Shown here piece after piece: positions 1 through 14,900 of a stretch of DNA of 64,000 nt. The DNA lies in the NCBI GenBank assembly GCA_002269645.1, contig NIVC01000479.1:124001-188000 (forward strand), in the 5' to 3' direction. A program made the translations under genes and the position numbers. Source of the DNA: Macrostomum lignano (taxonomy: Eukaryota). The notes below the pieces were generated by a model. It made no database searches, was not told the origin of the DNA, and saw only the letters and a list, made by a program, of their open reading frames with translations. Every line of letters starts with the position of its first letter. Positions within the stretch are counted from its first letter, which is position 1.

Positions 1-1
1 G

Positions 2-229
2 GCTTCTCGCAGACTGAAGTCATTTTTCTGTCTAATGAAAACTGCAAAAAGTCGAATGACAGTCAATGATAAGGCTGATCATGAGAATCGAGGATACTAT
101 CTGCTGATTAGTCTAGCATCCTCGATGCTGCTTCTGCTGGCGGCTTGCTTTGGTCTGATGCTGGCTGCCAGGTCGAGAGTCTGGAATTCTCGACTCGGAT
201 CAGTTTATTCGGAGAAGACGATAATTTAG
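2..229 (+). CDS. Probable 3' terminal exon of a single-pass membrane protein (TM helix plus short cytoplasmic tail); rest of gene lies left of the window
   Basis: Frame open from position 2 to TAG at 227-229: ...HENRGYYLLISLASSMLLLLAACFGLMLAARSRVWNSRLGSVYSEKTII*. A hydrophobic run of about 22 aa is followed by a basic residue. The true exon start may be the acceptor gacag| near 63. Confidence 0.45.
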   Translation, partial: ASRRLKSFFCLMKTAKSRMTVNDKADHENRGYYLLISLASSMLLLLAACFGLMLAARSRVWNSRLGSVYSEKTII

Positions 230-647
230 CTGGAATTTATAACCTAACTCTGTGACTTATTATGAGACAATTTTTTGTCTGAAAATCGAGTCTATTGATT
301 CCTTCGGTTAGAATATTTTGATTTTGATCATACGAATTAGGTCCCAACCAAAATGATCCCGTACCCGTTATGGGTGATTTTTTACTTTTAAAATTATTTT
401 CTGTAGAAATTCTCTAGCATTATTAAGCTTCTCTGGTGTGTTTTGATGCGATCGTTGACTGTTAGTTGAGAACCTATGACTCACCCCTATTGATTGGAGG
501 ACACAGTAAAATATATAATTAAAGTATGCACTTAATACCATCATTAATTACTACCTAGTCTAACGCAATGTGGTATTGACAATATACTAGTTATTCTTTT
601 CACTGTTTAACACTATTAGTTTTTAACCAATACATAAATATAAGAAG

Positions 648-2900
<2,253 letters not shown>

Positions 2901-3954
2901 CAGATAATGATTTTGATTGCAATGATTGTGAAGTCAGCTAAACTCAGGAAGTCCTCAAATTAATTTGTTGCGTCAATATATGCTATTATAAAATTGAATA
3001 AAAGTTTATTTAATGAATATTTTTTGCCTCGCATGCCAGCAAAACAGTACTTTAAGTAGTACACAACAATAAATGGAAAATTGAAACTATTTTTAAAATA
3101 CAGTCGTCGTATTAGGTAAAAATTAAGTAGCAATAATAAGGAATTCAAAAGGTCTCCCTAGGCAAAAGTACATCAGGAATAGCACAAATGGATGGGAGTG
3201 CCAGCTATATTTTTTTTACAAAAAGGCAATTTGAAAGTTGGAGCAATCGTTTTGTTTTACACAGATGCAACACGTGACGAATGCTTTGTACGAACTAGTT
3301 TAGTAAAACCATGCAATAAAAAAAACAATATTTTTCCCTACTGACATTTTTAAAAAAAGACAACAATTAAGCACCAGATAGAACATAAACTGGGAATGTT
3401 TAGTAAATTAAGGTTAAGCACAGTAGTTATATGGTATATTAAGTTTAGCTTGGAATGCAAGGCGGGGTTGTAATACAAAATGTGTAGATTGTTAATATTT
3501 TTGTAAAAGAAGAACTCGTCATTAATTTGTTACAACGAAAGTAATGCTATCCAAGAAACACTAGGAAGAAATGTGCTTGGAAATATTCGTGATCAGAGGG
3601 AGGGGCAACAATAATTGCTGCGCTATTTGGAATGGTTTGCTGGTCAGAATTGTCACCAGGTAAACAAAGGAAGGCACATATTTGAATAAAACGGACGTAT
3701 TTTAAAAAACAATATTTTTGTCAATTTGCCGTCATTGCAAATTCAGATGTCGTTCAAGGACCCCATCGAACCGTGGGGTGTCCGGCTAACGGCGTTGGCT
3801 GTCACTGTGCCACTGACCAGTACCTCACTTGAATAATGAGTGATGGGGAAACACTAATTATTGCATATGTACTTTAGATTTAACAATGAAAATGTTCGAG
3901 TAGTAAATACGTTGATATAGAAGAATTGAGCACAGATTGCAAGAGCCACCCAAT

Positions 3955-5235
3955 ATGAAAAATCAGGCGCCTACTCTGATCATTGAGGCGCGCCTTCTAT
4001 GATAAATGAAGCGCCTACTCTGATACCTGAGGCGCCTTCTGTGAAAAATGAGGCGCCTTTTATGATAAATCAGGCGCCTTCTACCTATGATAAGTGAGGC
4101 ACCTTTTATGATAAACTAGGCGCCTTCTGTGATAAATGAGGCGCCATTTTTGATAAGTGAGGCGCCTTCTATGATAAATGAGGCGCAGTTCATGATAATG
4201 AGGCGCCTTCTATGATAAGTGAGGCACCTTTTATGATAAACTAGGTGCCTTCTATGATAAGTGAGGCGCCTTTTATGATAATGAGGCGCCTTCTATGATA
4301 AGTGAGGCCCCTTTTATGATAAACTAGGCGCCTTCTATGATAAGTGAGGCGCCTTTTATGATAATAAGGCGCCTTCTATGATAAGTGAGGCACCTTTTAT
4401 GTAAACTAGGCGCCTTCTGTGATAAATGAGGCGCCATTTATGATAAGTGAGGCGCCTTCTACGATAAGTAAGACGCCTTCTGTCATAAATGAGGCGCCTT
4501 CTGTGATAAATGAGGCGTCTTCTGTGATAAATGAGGCGCCTTCTGTGATAAATGAGGCGTCTTCTGTGATAAATGAGGCGCCTTCTGTGATAAATGAGGC
4601 GCCTTCTGTGATAAATGAGGCGCCTTCTGTGATAAATGAGGCGCCTTCTGTGATAAATGAGGCGCCTTCTGTGATAAATGAGGCGTCTTCTGTGATAAAT
4701 GAGGCGCCTTCTGTGATAAATGAGGCGCCTTCTGTGATAAATGAGGCGCCTTCTACGATAAATGAGGCGCCTTCTGTGATAAATGAGGCGCCTTCTGTGA
4801 TAAATGAGGCGCCTTCTACGATAAATGAGGCGCCTTCTGTGATAAATGAGGCGCCTTCTGTGATAAATGAGGCGCCTTCTGTGATAAATGAGGCGCCTTC
4901 TGTGATAAATGAGGCGCCTTCTACGATAAATGAGGCGCCTTCTGTGATAAATGAGGCGCCTTCTACGATAAATGAGGCGCCATTTATGATAAACTAGGCG
5001 CCTTCTGTGATAAATGAGGCGCCTTCTGTGATAAATGAGGCGCCTTCTGTGATAAATGAGGCGCCTTCTGTGATAAATGAGGCGCCTTCTGTGATAAATG
5101 AGGCGCCTTCTGTGATAAATGAGGCGCCTTCTGTGATAAATGAGGCGCCTTCTGTGATAAATGAGGCGCCTTCTGTGATAAATGAGGCGCCTTCTACGAT
5201 AAATGAGGCGCCTTCTACGATAAATGAGGCGCCTA
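3955..5235. repeat. 21-bp minisatellite (gaggcgccttctgtgataaat)
   Basis: About 60 copies, degenerate at the left end and homogeneous at the right. Explains the INEAPSV ORFs. Confidence 0.97.
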
Positions 5236-5568
5236 ACCTATAAAAAGGCCAAACAAATCAAGCCTTCAATAATTTTGGTGCCCACGAAAGCAAGTCAGGA
5301 CAAAATTGGCTTACCCAGGTGCCTGCTTGAACTTCCTAGCGGAATCCATAGTCCTGGCCGATATTAGAGACTGGTCGGCGGCGGTGAACTGAAATTTTAT
5401 TGCGCCATCTCAAATAAATATTAATATGCACACAATTTGCATTACAACCAAAAATCTAATTAATGAACAATAGCAATGATTTCAAAGCTTTTGTTCTTAT
5501 TATTTACTTGTTTGTTACACAAGAATTTTATAAACTTCCTATTTATACTCGATGGATGTAGCCAGAAG

Positions 5569-6259
5569 TCAGCTAGCAACAGGGGATTTAGCGCCGGGGG
5601 ATTTAACATCAGAAGCTTTAGTATCAGGAGCTTTAGCACCAGGGGCGCCAGCACCGGGCGGGGCGCCAGCACCGGGCGGGGCGCCAGCATCAGGGGCGCC
5701 AGCATCAGGGGCGCCAGCACCAGGGGCGCCAGCATCAGGGGCGCCAGCATCAGGGGCGCCAGCACCAGGGGCGCCAGCATCAGGGGCGCCAGCACCAGGG
5801 GCGCCAGCATCAGGGGCGCCAGTATCAGGGGCGCCAGCACCAGGGGTGCCAGCACCAAGGGCGCCAGCATCAGGGGCGCCAGCACCAGGGGCGCCAGCAT
5901 CAGGGGCGCCAGCATCAGGGGCGCCAGCACCAGGGGCGCCAGCACCAGGGGCGCCAGCACCAGGGGCGCCAGCACCAGGGGCGCCAGCATCAGGGGCGCC
6001 AGCACCAGGGACGCCAGCACCAGGGACGCCAGCACTGGGGCGCCAGCACCAGGGGTGCCAGCACCAGGGGCGCCAGCACCAAGGGCGCCAGCATCAGGGG
6101 CGCCAGCACCAGGGACGCCAGCACCAGGGACGCCAGCACTGGGGGCGCCAGCACCAGGGGTGCCAGCACCAGGGGCGCCAGCACCAAGGGCGCCAGCACC
6201 AGGGGTGCCAGCACCAGGGGTGCCAGCACCAGGGACGCCAGCACTGGGGGCGCCATATA
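5569..6259 (-). CDS. Candidate coding exon: (G/D)AGAP pentapeptide repeat (15-bp unit) ending GAKAPDTKASDVKSPGAKSPVAS*
   Basis: The minus-strand GAGAP frame is stop-free apart from a 1-nt shift at the G4 run 6037-6040, where other copies have G5. It grades into a non-repetitive protein-like tail with TGA at 5569-5571 and lies in the same frame as the upstream 6300-6938 ORF. It could instead be a non-coding 3' UTR minisatellite. Confidence 0.35.
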
Positions 6260-6299
6260 CTTTTAATCAGCCAACTGTGGCACACTCACTGTTCCCCTG

Positions 6300-6938
6300 T
6301 CAAAGCGCCTGATTAATGCTCACCTTGATCTTTTGCCGCTCGGAGTTGCTGATTTTATAAGCGTCATAGCAGAACTTGACTCCGCCGGCAATGGCCCCGA
6401 CACCGATTGCTATTAGAATTGGCCCAATAATTTCTCCCTTATCAACCGACAGCATGATGTTGTTATGGAAGCGCAGCAGCAGCAGTGTGACTCCAACCAT
6501 GATGATAATCCCGCCTACCACGAACAGAGCTATGCTGATCCGAAACGGCGTCCTGCCTCTACCGTAGTTTGGCGATTGAAAGTTGGTCCGCAACTTCTTG
6601 TCGTGATACTCCTGACGAATGTTTGTTTTGCCGCCTTTTTCATCAGCAAGTGACGCTTTTGATGCGCCCAAGCTCTTTGACTGGCGCGCCAGATTGCTGC
6701 GGGAATTCGAACGTCCAGGACCGGTTGTAGAAGCCCGCGTAAATTGTCCGCTAGCGTAAGGATTAATGGAGCCGCGACCAGGTGTCTGTGGGACGCCTGG
6801 ATAACCGGCTGGAGCCCCATAGCTGTTGACACTTGCTGCGTAACTTGGCTGGCGCGCGTCATATCCAACTGGGGCAGTTGGGTATCCGAACGACTGCGAA
6901 GGATAGCCTTGTGATCGATTCATTTGGACTTGAGCCAT
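6300..6938 (-). CDS. Two-TM membrane protein with Pro/Tyr/Gly/Ser-rich N-terminus (PIRT/TMEM100/TMEM200-like topology; family not established)
   Basis: 212-aa ATG ORF with two hydrophobic helices (FRISIALFVVGGIIIMVGVTLLLL; IIGPILIAIGVGAIAGGVKF). A donor-like AAG|gtgagc at 6323 suggests the C-terminus may be spliced. Confidence 0.8.
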   Translation of the reverse strand: MAQVQMNRSQGYPSQSFGYPTAPVGYDARQPSYAASVNSYGAPAGYPGVPQTPGRGSINPYASGQFTRASTTGPGRSNSRSNLARQSKSLGASKASLADEKGGKTNIRQEYHDKKLRTNFQSPNYGRGRTPFRISIALFVVGGIIIMVGVTLLLLRFHNNIMLSVDKGEIIGPILIAIGVGAIAGGVKFCYDAYKISNSERQKIKVSINQAL

Positions 6939-8478
6939 GTTGATTAGCGAGCAACCAGGAAAAAAATGGTTGTATAAAACAGGATACCAATTTCAAACAA
7001 CTAAACCCTATAACACCTATTTCTCTAAATTCAAATGTCACCAAAACAGTATAGAATATACGCGGAAATGAAAAAATTGATTTGATTCATGTTTAAAATA
7101 TAGCATTGTAAAAAGTTTTTATGATAAAACAATTTGGTAATTTTCCATGTATCCCACTTAAATAACTAATTAATAAAGTAACATTTAATTACAATTTACA
7201 AAAAAAGCTTTTTACGTTTAGGATAAAACACTTAAAATTTGTTAAGCTGCGCAAAAAAACATTTTTTGTTTTTAAAAAACCTCTTTGGACTATTTTTAAT
7301 GGATTCTGTCAACTTAATTCATTTTTTAATTAGGCTTAGGGTGTCCGGGCAGAGTGCATTATCTTTTAAATTTTGTCTATTTCATTATAAATTCCGACTA
7401 TAAAAGACTAAAAGACTAAGGGCTTATTATAATAAGGTGTACTGTGTAGCCATGTAGGCCTAGCAATATTCATAATTCATATTCACAAGACTATGGCATA
7501 GGTCATAGGATTTAAGTTTGAGAAGCAGTGAAGCTCTTTGATCTTGGCTAATAATTTCAAGGTGTAGGACTTAGGTGTAGAACTAAGACTGCCACACACC
7601 AAGACAGCCACACTTGAGGAGCTGGAGGAGGAATTTTGCTGAATGTGTTATTGGATGGTGCTAGAGAGATGAGTGGGTAAGAGAGCCAACCTATGAGAGG
7701 AATAACAATGCTAGAAGATTGGTAGGCCTAGCTCTCTCTCAATACCAGTAGCCAATAATAGCTGTGGCAGTCTATATAGCATGTATATAGAAGCCTTCTG
7801 GTCCAAGCTGCCTCTAAGAGTTTCTACATTTGGTGCACCAAATGTTTTTTCCCTACAGTATTATAGACAATGAGCATATTATCAAATAGATGATGACAAA
7901 TTTAATCTAAGTAGTATAACAAGTTTGGCAGACCCTAAATAGCCTACTAGCTATCAAGGTCTAGATAAAAGCCTTTAGTTGTCACATTAGCTCTATTGCA
8001 GTTAGTCTAAGCTGCTAGATTTGATGCCAAGCCCAAGGCAAATAAGCAAGCTCATGCCAAGAAAAAATAAAGAAAATATGGCCCAATTATAACAATTGCT
8101 CAATGCAAGATTGACTAAGCTTACAAGATGACAATAGATATGCTTGTTGCAACATAGAAAGCATTTATTTATTATAATAATTTAAGAAACTATTGAATAA
8201 CTAGAAACTTTCTATTTCTTTTTTATAAAGTTTTGATACTTAATGATTTCAAAATTAATATAAAAGCAAGTACTTTCCATAGTTATTATGTATAAAGAGG
8301 AAAATATTACACATTAAGAGATATTTTGTATACTTTATTTATCATGTTATATTTATCAAACTTTATAATGTTGTATAAAGATTAAAAATTTAAATGATGA
8401 ATTTAATTTGTAAAAATAAATATACCTACTTCTATATACATTTTGCTGTGTAGTTTTCAATTTCAATAGCCAATATTC

Positions 8479-11400
8479 ATGGCTGATGAAGATGAGCCTG
8501 AAAAGAAAAGGCTCAAGATAGAGACTGAGTAAGTGCATTTTTCAATCTCAGGTTGGGAATTCAGGATCTTAGATAGACAGTTTAAAATCTCAGATTGGGA
8601 GTTCAGGATCTCAGATAGGCAGTTTCGGGAATCGGGATCTCAGATTGGGAGTTCAGAATCTCAGATAGGCAGTTCAGGATCTCAGATTGGCAGTTTAGGA
8701 TCTCAGATTGGCAGTTCAGGATCTCAGATTGGCAGTTCAGGATCTCAGATTGGCAGTTCAGGATCTCATAGTGGCAGTTCAGGATCTCATAGTGGCAGTT
8801 CAGGATCTCAGATTGGCAGTTCAGGATCTCATAGTGACAGTTCAGGATCTCAGATTGGCAGTTCAGGATCTCAGATTGGCAGTTCAGGATCTCATAGTGG
8901 CAGTTCAGGATCTCATAGTGGCATTTAAATTGGCATTAAAGAGTTTTGAGTTAAGTTCATTAATCAAATGTTAAAGCCATTTATTAGTTCTGAATTCTCC
9001 CCCCCCCCCCAGATCGGACTGGGAGCACACTTTCGACTCCCTGACGCCTCAGGATCGCCTCTGCGTGCTGTCCAATCTGATAGCGAAATGCTCCCATCCG
9101 GAGTTGATCCACCTGCATTGCTCACTGATGCCCCGGCTCAAGCGCGACTTTGTATCTCACCTGCCCACCGAGCTGTCGTTAAGGATTCTTGGCGAGTTAT
9201 CTCCAAGAGATCTGCTAGTCTGCGCTCAAGTCTCGCGTCGTTGGCGCCTCTTAGCGGAAGATCCTCATCTGTGGCGCCGGCAGGGAGGCAAACGGGCCTA
9301 TCAGCGGGCTAGGCAGGTGCGTTGCAACTGGCTGCGCGGAGTGTCAACCGCTCGACCCGTGAATGGGCCCTGCCGCCTGCCCGGTGCAACCCTGCCCTCC
9401 ATGCTGACGCTGCCTGCTCACGATAATCACGTGATCACCTGCTTGGAGATGTGGCGCAATTTGATTGTGTCTGCTAGCGATGATTCTACTATACGGCTGT
9501 GGAGAGCGGATACTGGGCAGCTGGTGAGACCGCCTGTCTGACACCCTCATCTGATGCTTTATGGGGATGCTGACACCCTCATCTGATGCTTTATGGGGAT
9601 GGTGACACCCTCATCTGATGCTTTATGGGGATGCTGACACCCTCATCTGATGCTTTATGGAGATGCTGACACCCCATCTGATGCTTTATGAGGATGCTTA
9701 GAGCCTCATCTGATGCTTTATGGAGATGCTGACACCCTCATCCGATGTTTTATGGGGATGCTGACACCCTCATCTGATGCTTTATGGAGATGCTGACACT
9801 CTCATCTGATGCTTTATGGAGATGCTGACACCCTCATCTGATGCTTTATGGGGATGCTGACACCCTCATCTGATGCTTTCAGTGATCACACTGAGACCGA
9901 GTTTCTTTACTAAACTCGGCATATTTAGATTTGGTCAATATCTACAATCGAGTTTATTAGATAGATATGAAGGATTAGATAGACAATGGCGTCCTTAACT
10001 CTGAGAGAGCATCATAAACCATCGCAGGTGCGAACCCTCACTGGTCACATTGGCGGCGTCTGGTCCACCGCCATTGTCGACGACCTGCTGGTCTCTGGCA
10101 GCACAGATCGCACAGTCCGGGTCTGGTGCATGAAGACTGGCATTTGTCGGCACACTCTAGCTGGTCACGTGAGCACAGTTCGCTGTTTAGCAGGCCGAGG
10201 CAGTCACGTGACTAGCGGTTCTAGAGACACCAGCCTGAGAGTGTGGGATCTGCACACAGGGGCTTGTCGAGTTGTACTGCACGGGCATCGGGCCGCGGTC
10301 AGGGCAGTGCAGTGGCTGTCGGACAGCGAGCTGGTGTCCGCTAGCTATGACAGCACAGTCCGAGTCTGGTGTATCGAGCCCAGTAGCCGAGGTCCGTACT
10401 ACTGCAAGTACGTGCTAGATCAGCATATCAACCGGGTGTACACTCTGGCGGCCACGCCTCAGTACATTATGTCCGGCTCCTTAGATACTACGATTCGAGT
10501 TTGGCGCAGTTCGGATGGTCAACTAATTCGAACTTTGCTGGGGCATCAGTCTCTGACGGCTGGCATGCTGGTGCTGCCGGATGGTCGGCTGGTCAGCGGC
10601 AATGCCGACACCACCCTGCGAGTGTGGGATCTGAGCACCGGCCAGTGCCAGCACGTGCTGGGTCTTGGCGGCCAGGACAAGCACCAGAGCGCCATCACCT
10701 CTGTGCAAATTGTGCAAGATTTTATTGTGTCCGCATCCGATGATGGGACGGTGAGCTGCCTGATTAGGGATTTAATTATGGATTGGATTTCTGGAGATCT
10801 TAGAGATTTAGATTTTGGGATTTTATTATGAATGGGATTTCTGAGGATCTTTAGAATTTGGATTTGGGATTTTATTTTTAATGGGATTTATGGAAGATCC
10901 TAGAGATTTCAATTTTGGGATTTAATTATTGATGGGATTTCTGAAGATCTTTGGTATTTGGATTCTGAGATTTGAGTTCTGGATTTGGATCCTGGGATTT
11001 GAGTTCTGGATTTGGATCCTGGGATTTGGATCCTGGGATTTGGATTCTGGGATTGGATTCTGGGATTTGGATTCTGGGATTGGATTCTGGGATTTGGATT
11101 CTGGGATTTGGATTCTGGGATTTGGATTCTGGGATTTGGATTCTGGGATTGGATTCTGGGATTTGGATTCTGGAATTTGGATTCTGGGATTTGGATTCTG
11201 GGATTTGATTCTGGGATTTGGATTATGGGATTGGATTCTGGGATTGGATTCTGGGATTTGGATTCTGGGATTGGATTCTGGGATTTGGATTCTGGAATTT
11301 GGATTCTGGGATTTGGATTCTGGGATTTGATTCTGGGATTTGGATTCTGGGATTGGATTCTGGGATTTGGATTCTGGGATTGGATTCTGGGATTTGGATT

Positions 11401-11942
11401 CTGGGATTGGATTCTGGGATTGGATTCTGGGATTTGGATTCTGGGATTTCGGTTCTGAGATTTCAACCAAAAATCTGACTTGCCATATTATTAAAGTTGG
11501 TATGCTAAAAGCCAAAAAGCTGATTATTTATAAAAAGTATTTTTACTATTATTATCATTATCTGCCTCAGGTGAAAATGTGGAGCGCCACCACTGGTCAA
11601 TTTGTGCGCGACCTGCTCCGCCTGGAGTCAGCCGGTCACGGCGGCGTCGTCTGGCGCATCTGCGCCTCCGACACGCGCCTGGTGTGCGCCGCCGGCTCCA
11701 GAAACGGCTCCGAGGATGCCAAATTAATCGTGCTCAATTTCGATCCCGAGGCCGTGTCGCAGGCGCCTCACGCCTGCAATCGCGTCGGTTGTGGCGTCTG
11801 CGGCGCGGGCGGCGGCAGCGGCGCATCTTCCAGCGACGCTCCGAGCTACTGCTGCTGCAGCAGTCAGTCGCCTGGCGTTGGAATATTGCAAGATTTAATT
11901 GGATATGCCGAAGACGAGGCTGCAGATGAGCAAAGACTGTAA
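8479..11942 (+). CDS. FBXW7: F-box/WD40 protein, FBXW7 (Cdc4/sel-10/archipelago) type; exons 8479-8528, 9013-9523, 10028-10750, 11571-11942
   Basis: All three introns are GT-AG and in phase. D-domain plus F-box (LKRDFVSHLPTELSLRIL...LAEDPHLWR) and WD40 repeats match FBXW7 signatures recalled from memory: HDNHVITC, GHIGGVWS, GHVSTVRC, SGSRDTSLRVW, HINRVY, GHQSLTAGM, KHQSAIT, GGVVWRI, GSRNGSEDAKL. Confidence 0.93.
8545..8925. repeat. 21-bp intronic minisatellite (tcaggatctcagattggcagt), FBXW7 intron 1
   Basis: Direct reading. Confidence 0.93.
9538..9880. repeat. 32-bp intronic minisatellite (ctgacaccctcatctgatgctttatggggatg), FBXW7 intron 2
   Basis: About 10 copies starting just after the donor. 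Confidence 0.95.
10780..11465. repeat. 7/14-bp GGATTCT/GGGATTT satellite, FBXW7 intron 3
   Basis: Direct reading; explains the WILGF/QNPNPR ORFs. Confidence 0.95.
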
Positions 11943-14019
11943 ATATTTTTCTGCACGTGTGCGCTTGCAAGTCTTTCAATACAGTAAAACATTGAGAAAT
12001 CGTTTCTTTTCACAAATGGTTTTTGTTAAAAATAATAATGCTAATATTCGCGACTTGCCTACTACTAGTAGGGTATTGGAGATCGTTTTAGTAAAGAAAT
12101 CGAGGAAAGGAACATTTTTCAAGCTAATAATTTTTAATATAAAAATCCTAGCTAGATTGTATAATAATAAAGTTTATAAAATTATAATATGGTAGTACGA
12201 TACTAGTAGTAAATAATATTTCATCACAAATTTCGTTAGGCTATTAATATTATGGTGATATTTATGTTCATTATTTAAGTATCAACAATACCGAATTTCT
12301 GTTTACTTCATTATTGTAATAATACTACTAATTTTCAGGCCTAATACTAGTAGTATAATAAGTGTACCGTAGGTTATTGCAATTATAAAAATATTACAGT
12401 TTCTTACATTCTCACAATTTCCTTCAATCGGGTTCCAATGTCAGTTGCAAATGGATTGTATTTTTGTGCTTTATCACTTAGTGTTATTGTACAGCTTGAC
12501 TTACTGATGCACTAGTTAGCTATCGGTAAATTTGAAGGTCATTTAATTCCTTTCACTTGTTGCTCTTTTTTATTGCCAAAAAACATCTGCCTCGATACCG
12601 TGTTTGAAATTTCAATAATATTTATACGGTATTTGCTTTTTCTGCTTTTGCGTCGCTTTCCGCTTTTTGCTGCTTTTAATTAATCATTTTTTATTGTTGG
12701 TCTGCGTCACTGCTTATTTCTTTGATCAGTTTTTATTACTGTATGGTTCTTCTCTGCATGTCTGCCTCTTCTGTGTTTCCTGTTTCTTCTTGTGTGATTC
12801 ACCTCCTATGTCCCCCCACGCTCCCGTCTGTCTCCCTCCAACTGCAGCTGGCATTATCTGTCCAGCTCATCGTGTTGTGTAAAGGTAATGTTTTAGATAG
12901 AGTTGATTTAAATAAAGAAAAACCTGTCTTTGTTTCAGAATCTGATCATAGAAAAATCAAACAAATGCGCTTTTATTAATTATGATTTCCGATGTGTTAC
13001 TTGCATTGTGTGTTAATTTAGCATCGACGCTGTGAAGACCCAGAAGAACTGTCAGGCAAATTTAAGTCTTTAAATTTCTAAATTTTCTTTGACAAATTAT
13101 GCCTGACTTTCCTACTGAACAGTAGTAACGCATCGTCAGAGTAGCATTTCGTTCGCATTCTATTTTCTCTGTGCCACTTCTCAGTGTTTTTGCCTCGATA
13201 TTCTGGTTTTATCACTGGATATCAAAAAACAGAAACAAGGCCATTCGCTAATTTTTCTTGCAAAATGCGTCTAGTCTACTTTCTTTTAGACATATAGGTG
13301 CGCATGGCCACCTAAATTTTTATTTATTACGCTTCGAACTAAAAAGGGCAGTTAAAGTTGGGTTTAATGGTCGTTAATAAACTTATCTGGGCAGGCATTA
13401 TAATGTACATTGGCTAGCTCTAACTGAGAATGTACATCGGTGAGGAAACCAATAAAATGGAGGTGGCGGGGGTAGAGAAGAATTCGCGTGTGGAAGACCC
13501 GGGCGGTGGGGTTGAGCTAACCAAGGCGATCGATAAATTAGCGGAGGACAAAATGGGAGTAGCATCGCGCACAATCTAGACAAACTAAACTCGTAAAGTC
13601 GTAATTTAGTCATAAAACTCCTACCAGACGCCCATTGCAAGTAGTTTAAGTATTCGATAGACTAATGGCTCATCTTGTGTTCCTTAATATCTATTGAGGT
13701 TTCACAACCTACTGATTATAAAATTTTAATCTTGTCTATTCGTGTCTTGCTTGATCGAATTCTTGTTCATACCCACAGTTTATATTCAGTGGTTAATAAT
13801 TATATAAGTATATACTTTCATTATAAATATATGTATTACTTAACTGAACGCAATATAGTTTATGTGGTTCAGAGCTTAAAGTATGCCAATCGCGTGATTA
13901 ATTTTTGGCTATTTGCCTTGTATAAAAATGGCACAGTAGTAATTATAAAGAAATTTTATTCAACCTTTTGTATTCTTGGAACTTTATGTACTAAGCATAT
14001 TATTATTGCGCTTTAATGA

Positions 14020-14490
14020 CGCTACAAAGACTGATCAGTGTCAAAGTTTAGCTACAAAGACTAATCGGTGTCACACTTGCTCTACAATGACTAATTGGTG
14101 TCCCACTTGCTCTACAATGACTAATTGGTGTCCCACTTGCTCTACAATGACTAATTGGTGCCACAATTGAGCTACAAAGACTAATCGGTATCGCAGTTAA
14201 GCTATAACGAAGACTAATCGGTGTCAAAGTTGAGCTACAAAGACTAATCGGTGTCCCACTTGCTCTACAATGACTAATTGGTGCCACAATTGAGCTACAA
14301 AGACTAATCGGTGTCGCAGTTAAGCTATAACGAAGACTAATCGGTGTCAAAGTTGAGCTACAAAGACTAATTGGTGTCAAAGTTGAACTACAAAGACTAA
14401 TCGGTGTCGCAGTTGATCTATAAATACTAATCAGTGTCGCACTTGCTCTAAAGAGACTAATTGGTGTCACAGTTAAGCTACAAAGACCAC
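14020..14490. repeat. 30-bp minisatellite (ctacaaagactaatcggtgtc... variants)
   Basis: Direct reading, about 15 variable copies. Confidence 0.92.
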
Positions 14491-14900
14491 TCATTGGTGG
14501 GTCATATCATGTGATGTGATGATATCATGTGATGATAGACGTTAAGCACACGAGCTTCTTCCTAAAAGTAAAAAGACTATTTTGTAATTCAACTGTGCTA
14601 TAGAAGACTTGACAAATGTTGACAAGTAAGCATGAAATTTTATAAATTATAAATTCAAGTTCGCCTAATTACGTCAGCCATGCACAAATATTCGCATTCT
14701 TAGCTTGACCAATGAAAATTGTTTATTATATTATAATGTTTTTTTACCGATCACCAATAGATAATTAATACCCGTCATTGGCATCAATAAATTTAGTATG
14801 CAGTGTCAAAGATATTTCCAAGTGGATAGCAATTCATTCTATTGTCTTCGTCTCCTGGACTGACTGGTGGCTCCGAAGTACACATGTACACGATGTACTT

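Noticed and set aside
3745-3850. Possible minus-strand terminal exon (SEVLVSGTVTANAVSRTPHGSMGSLNDI*)
   Set aside because: No phase-compatible upstream donor found; too short to support.
4419-5243. Long ORFs such as INEAPSV repeats, and similarly SIYL, GSSGSQI, WILGF, CVCLS, MERHI, NPKRIPV and CWRP ORFs across the window
   Set aside because: They are translations of tandem repeats, mostly inside introns defined by phase-consistent flanking exons.
7493-8090. RIP-like or pseudogene frame with many TAG/TGA stops
   Set aside because: About 13 stops in about 200 codons is near random expectation, and CA/TG dinucleotides remain abundant, so neither a frame nor RIP is supported.
12820-13120. Small exon-like pieces with GT/AG sites on both strands
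   Set aside because: No recognisable product and no consistent join to neighbouring genes.
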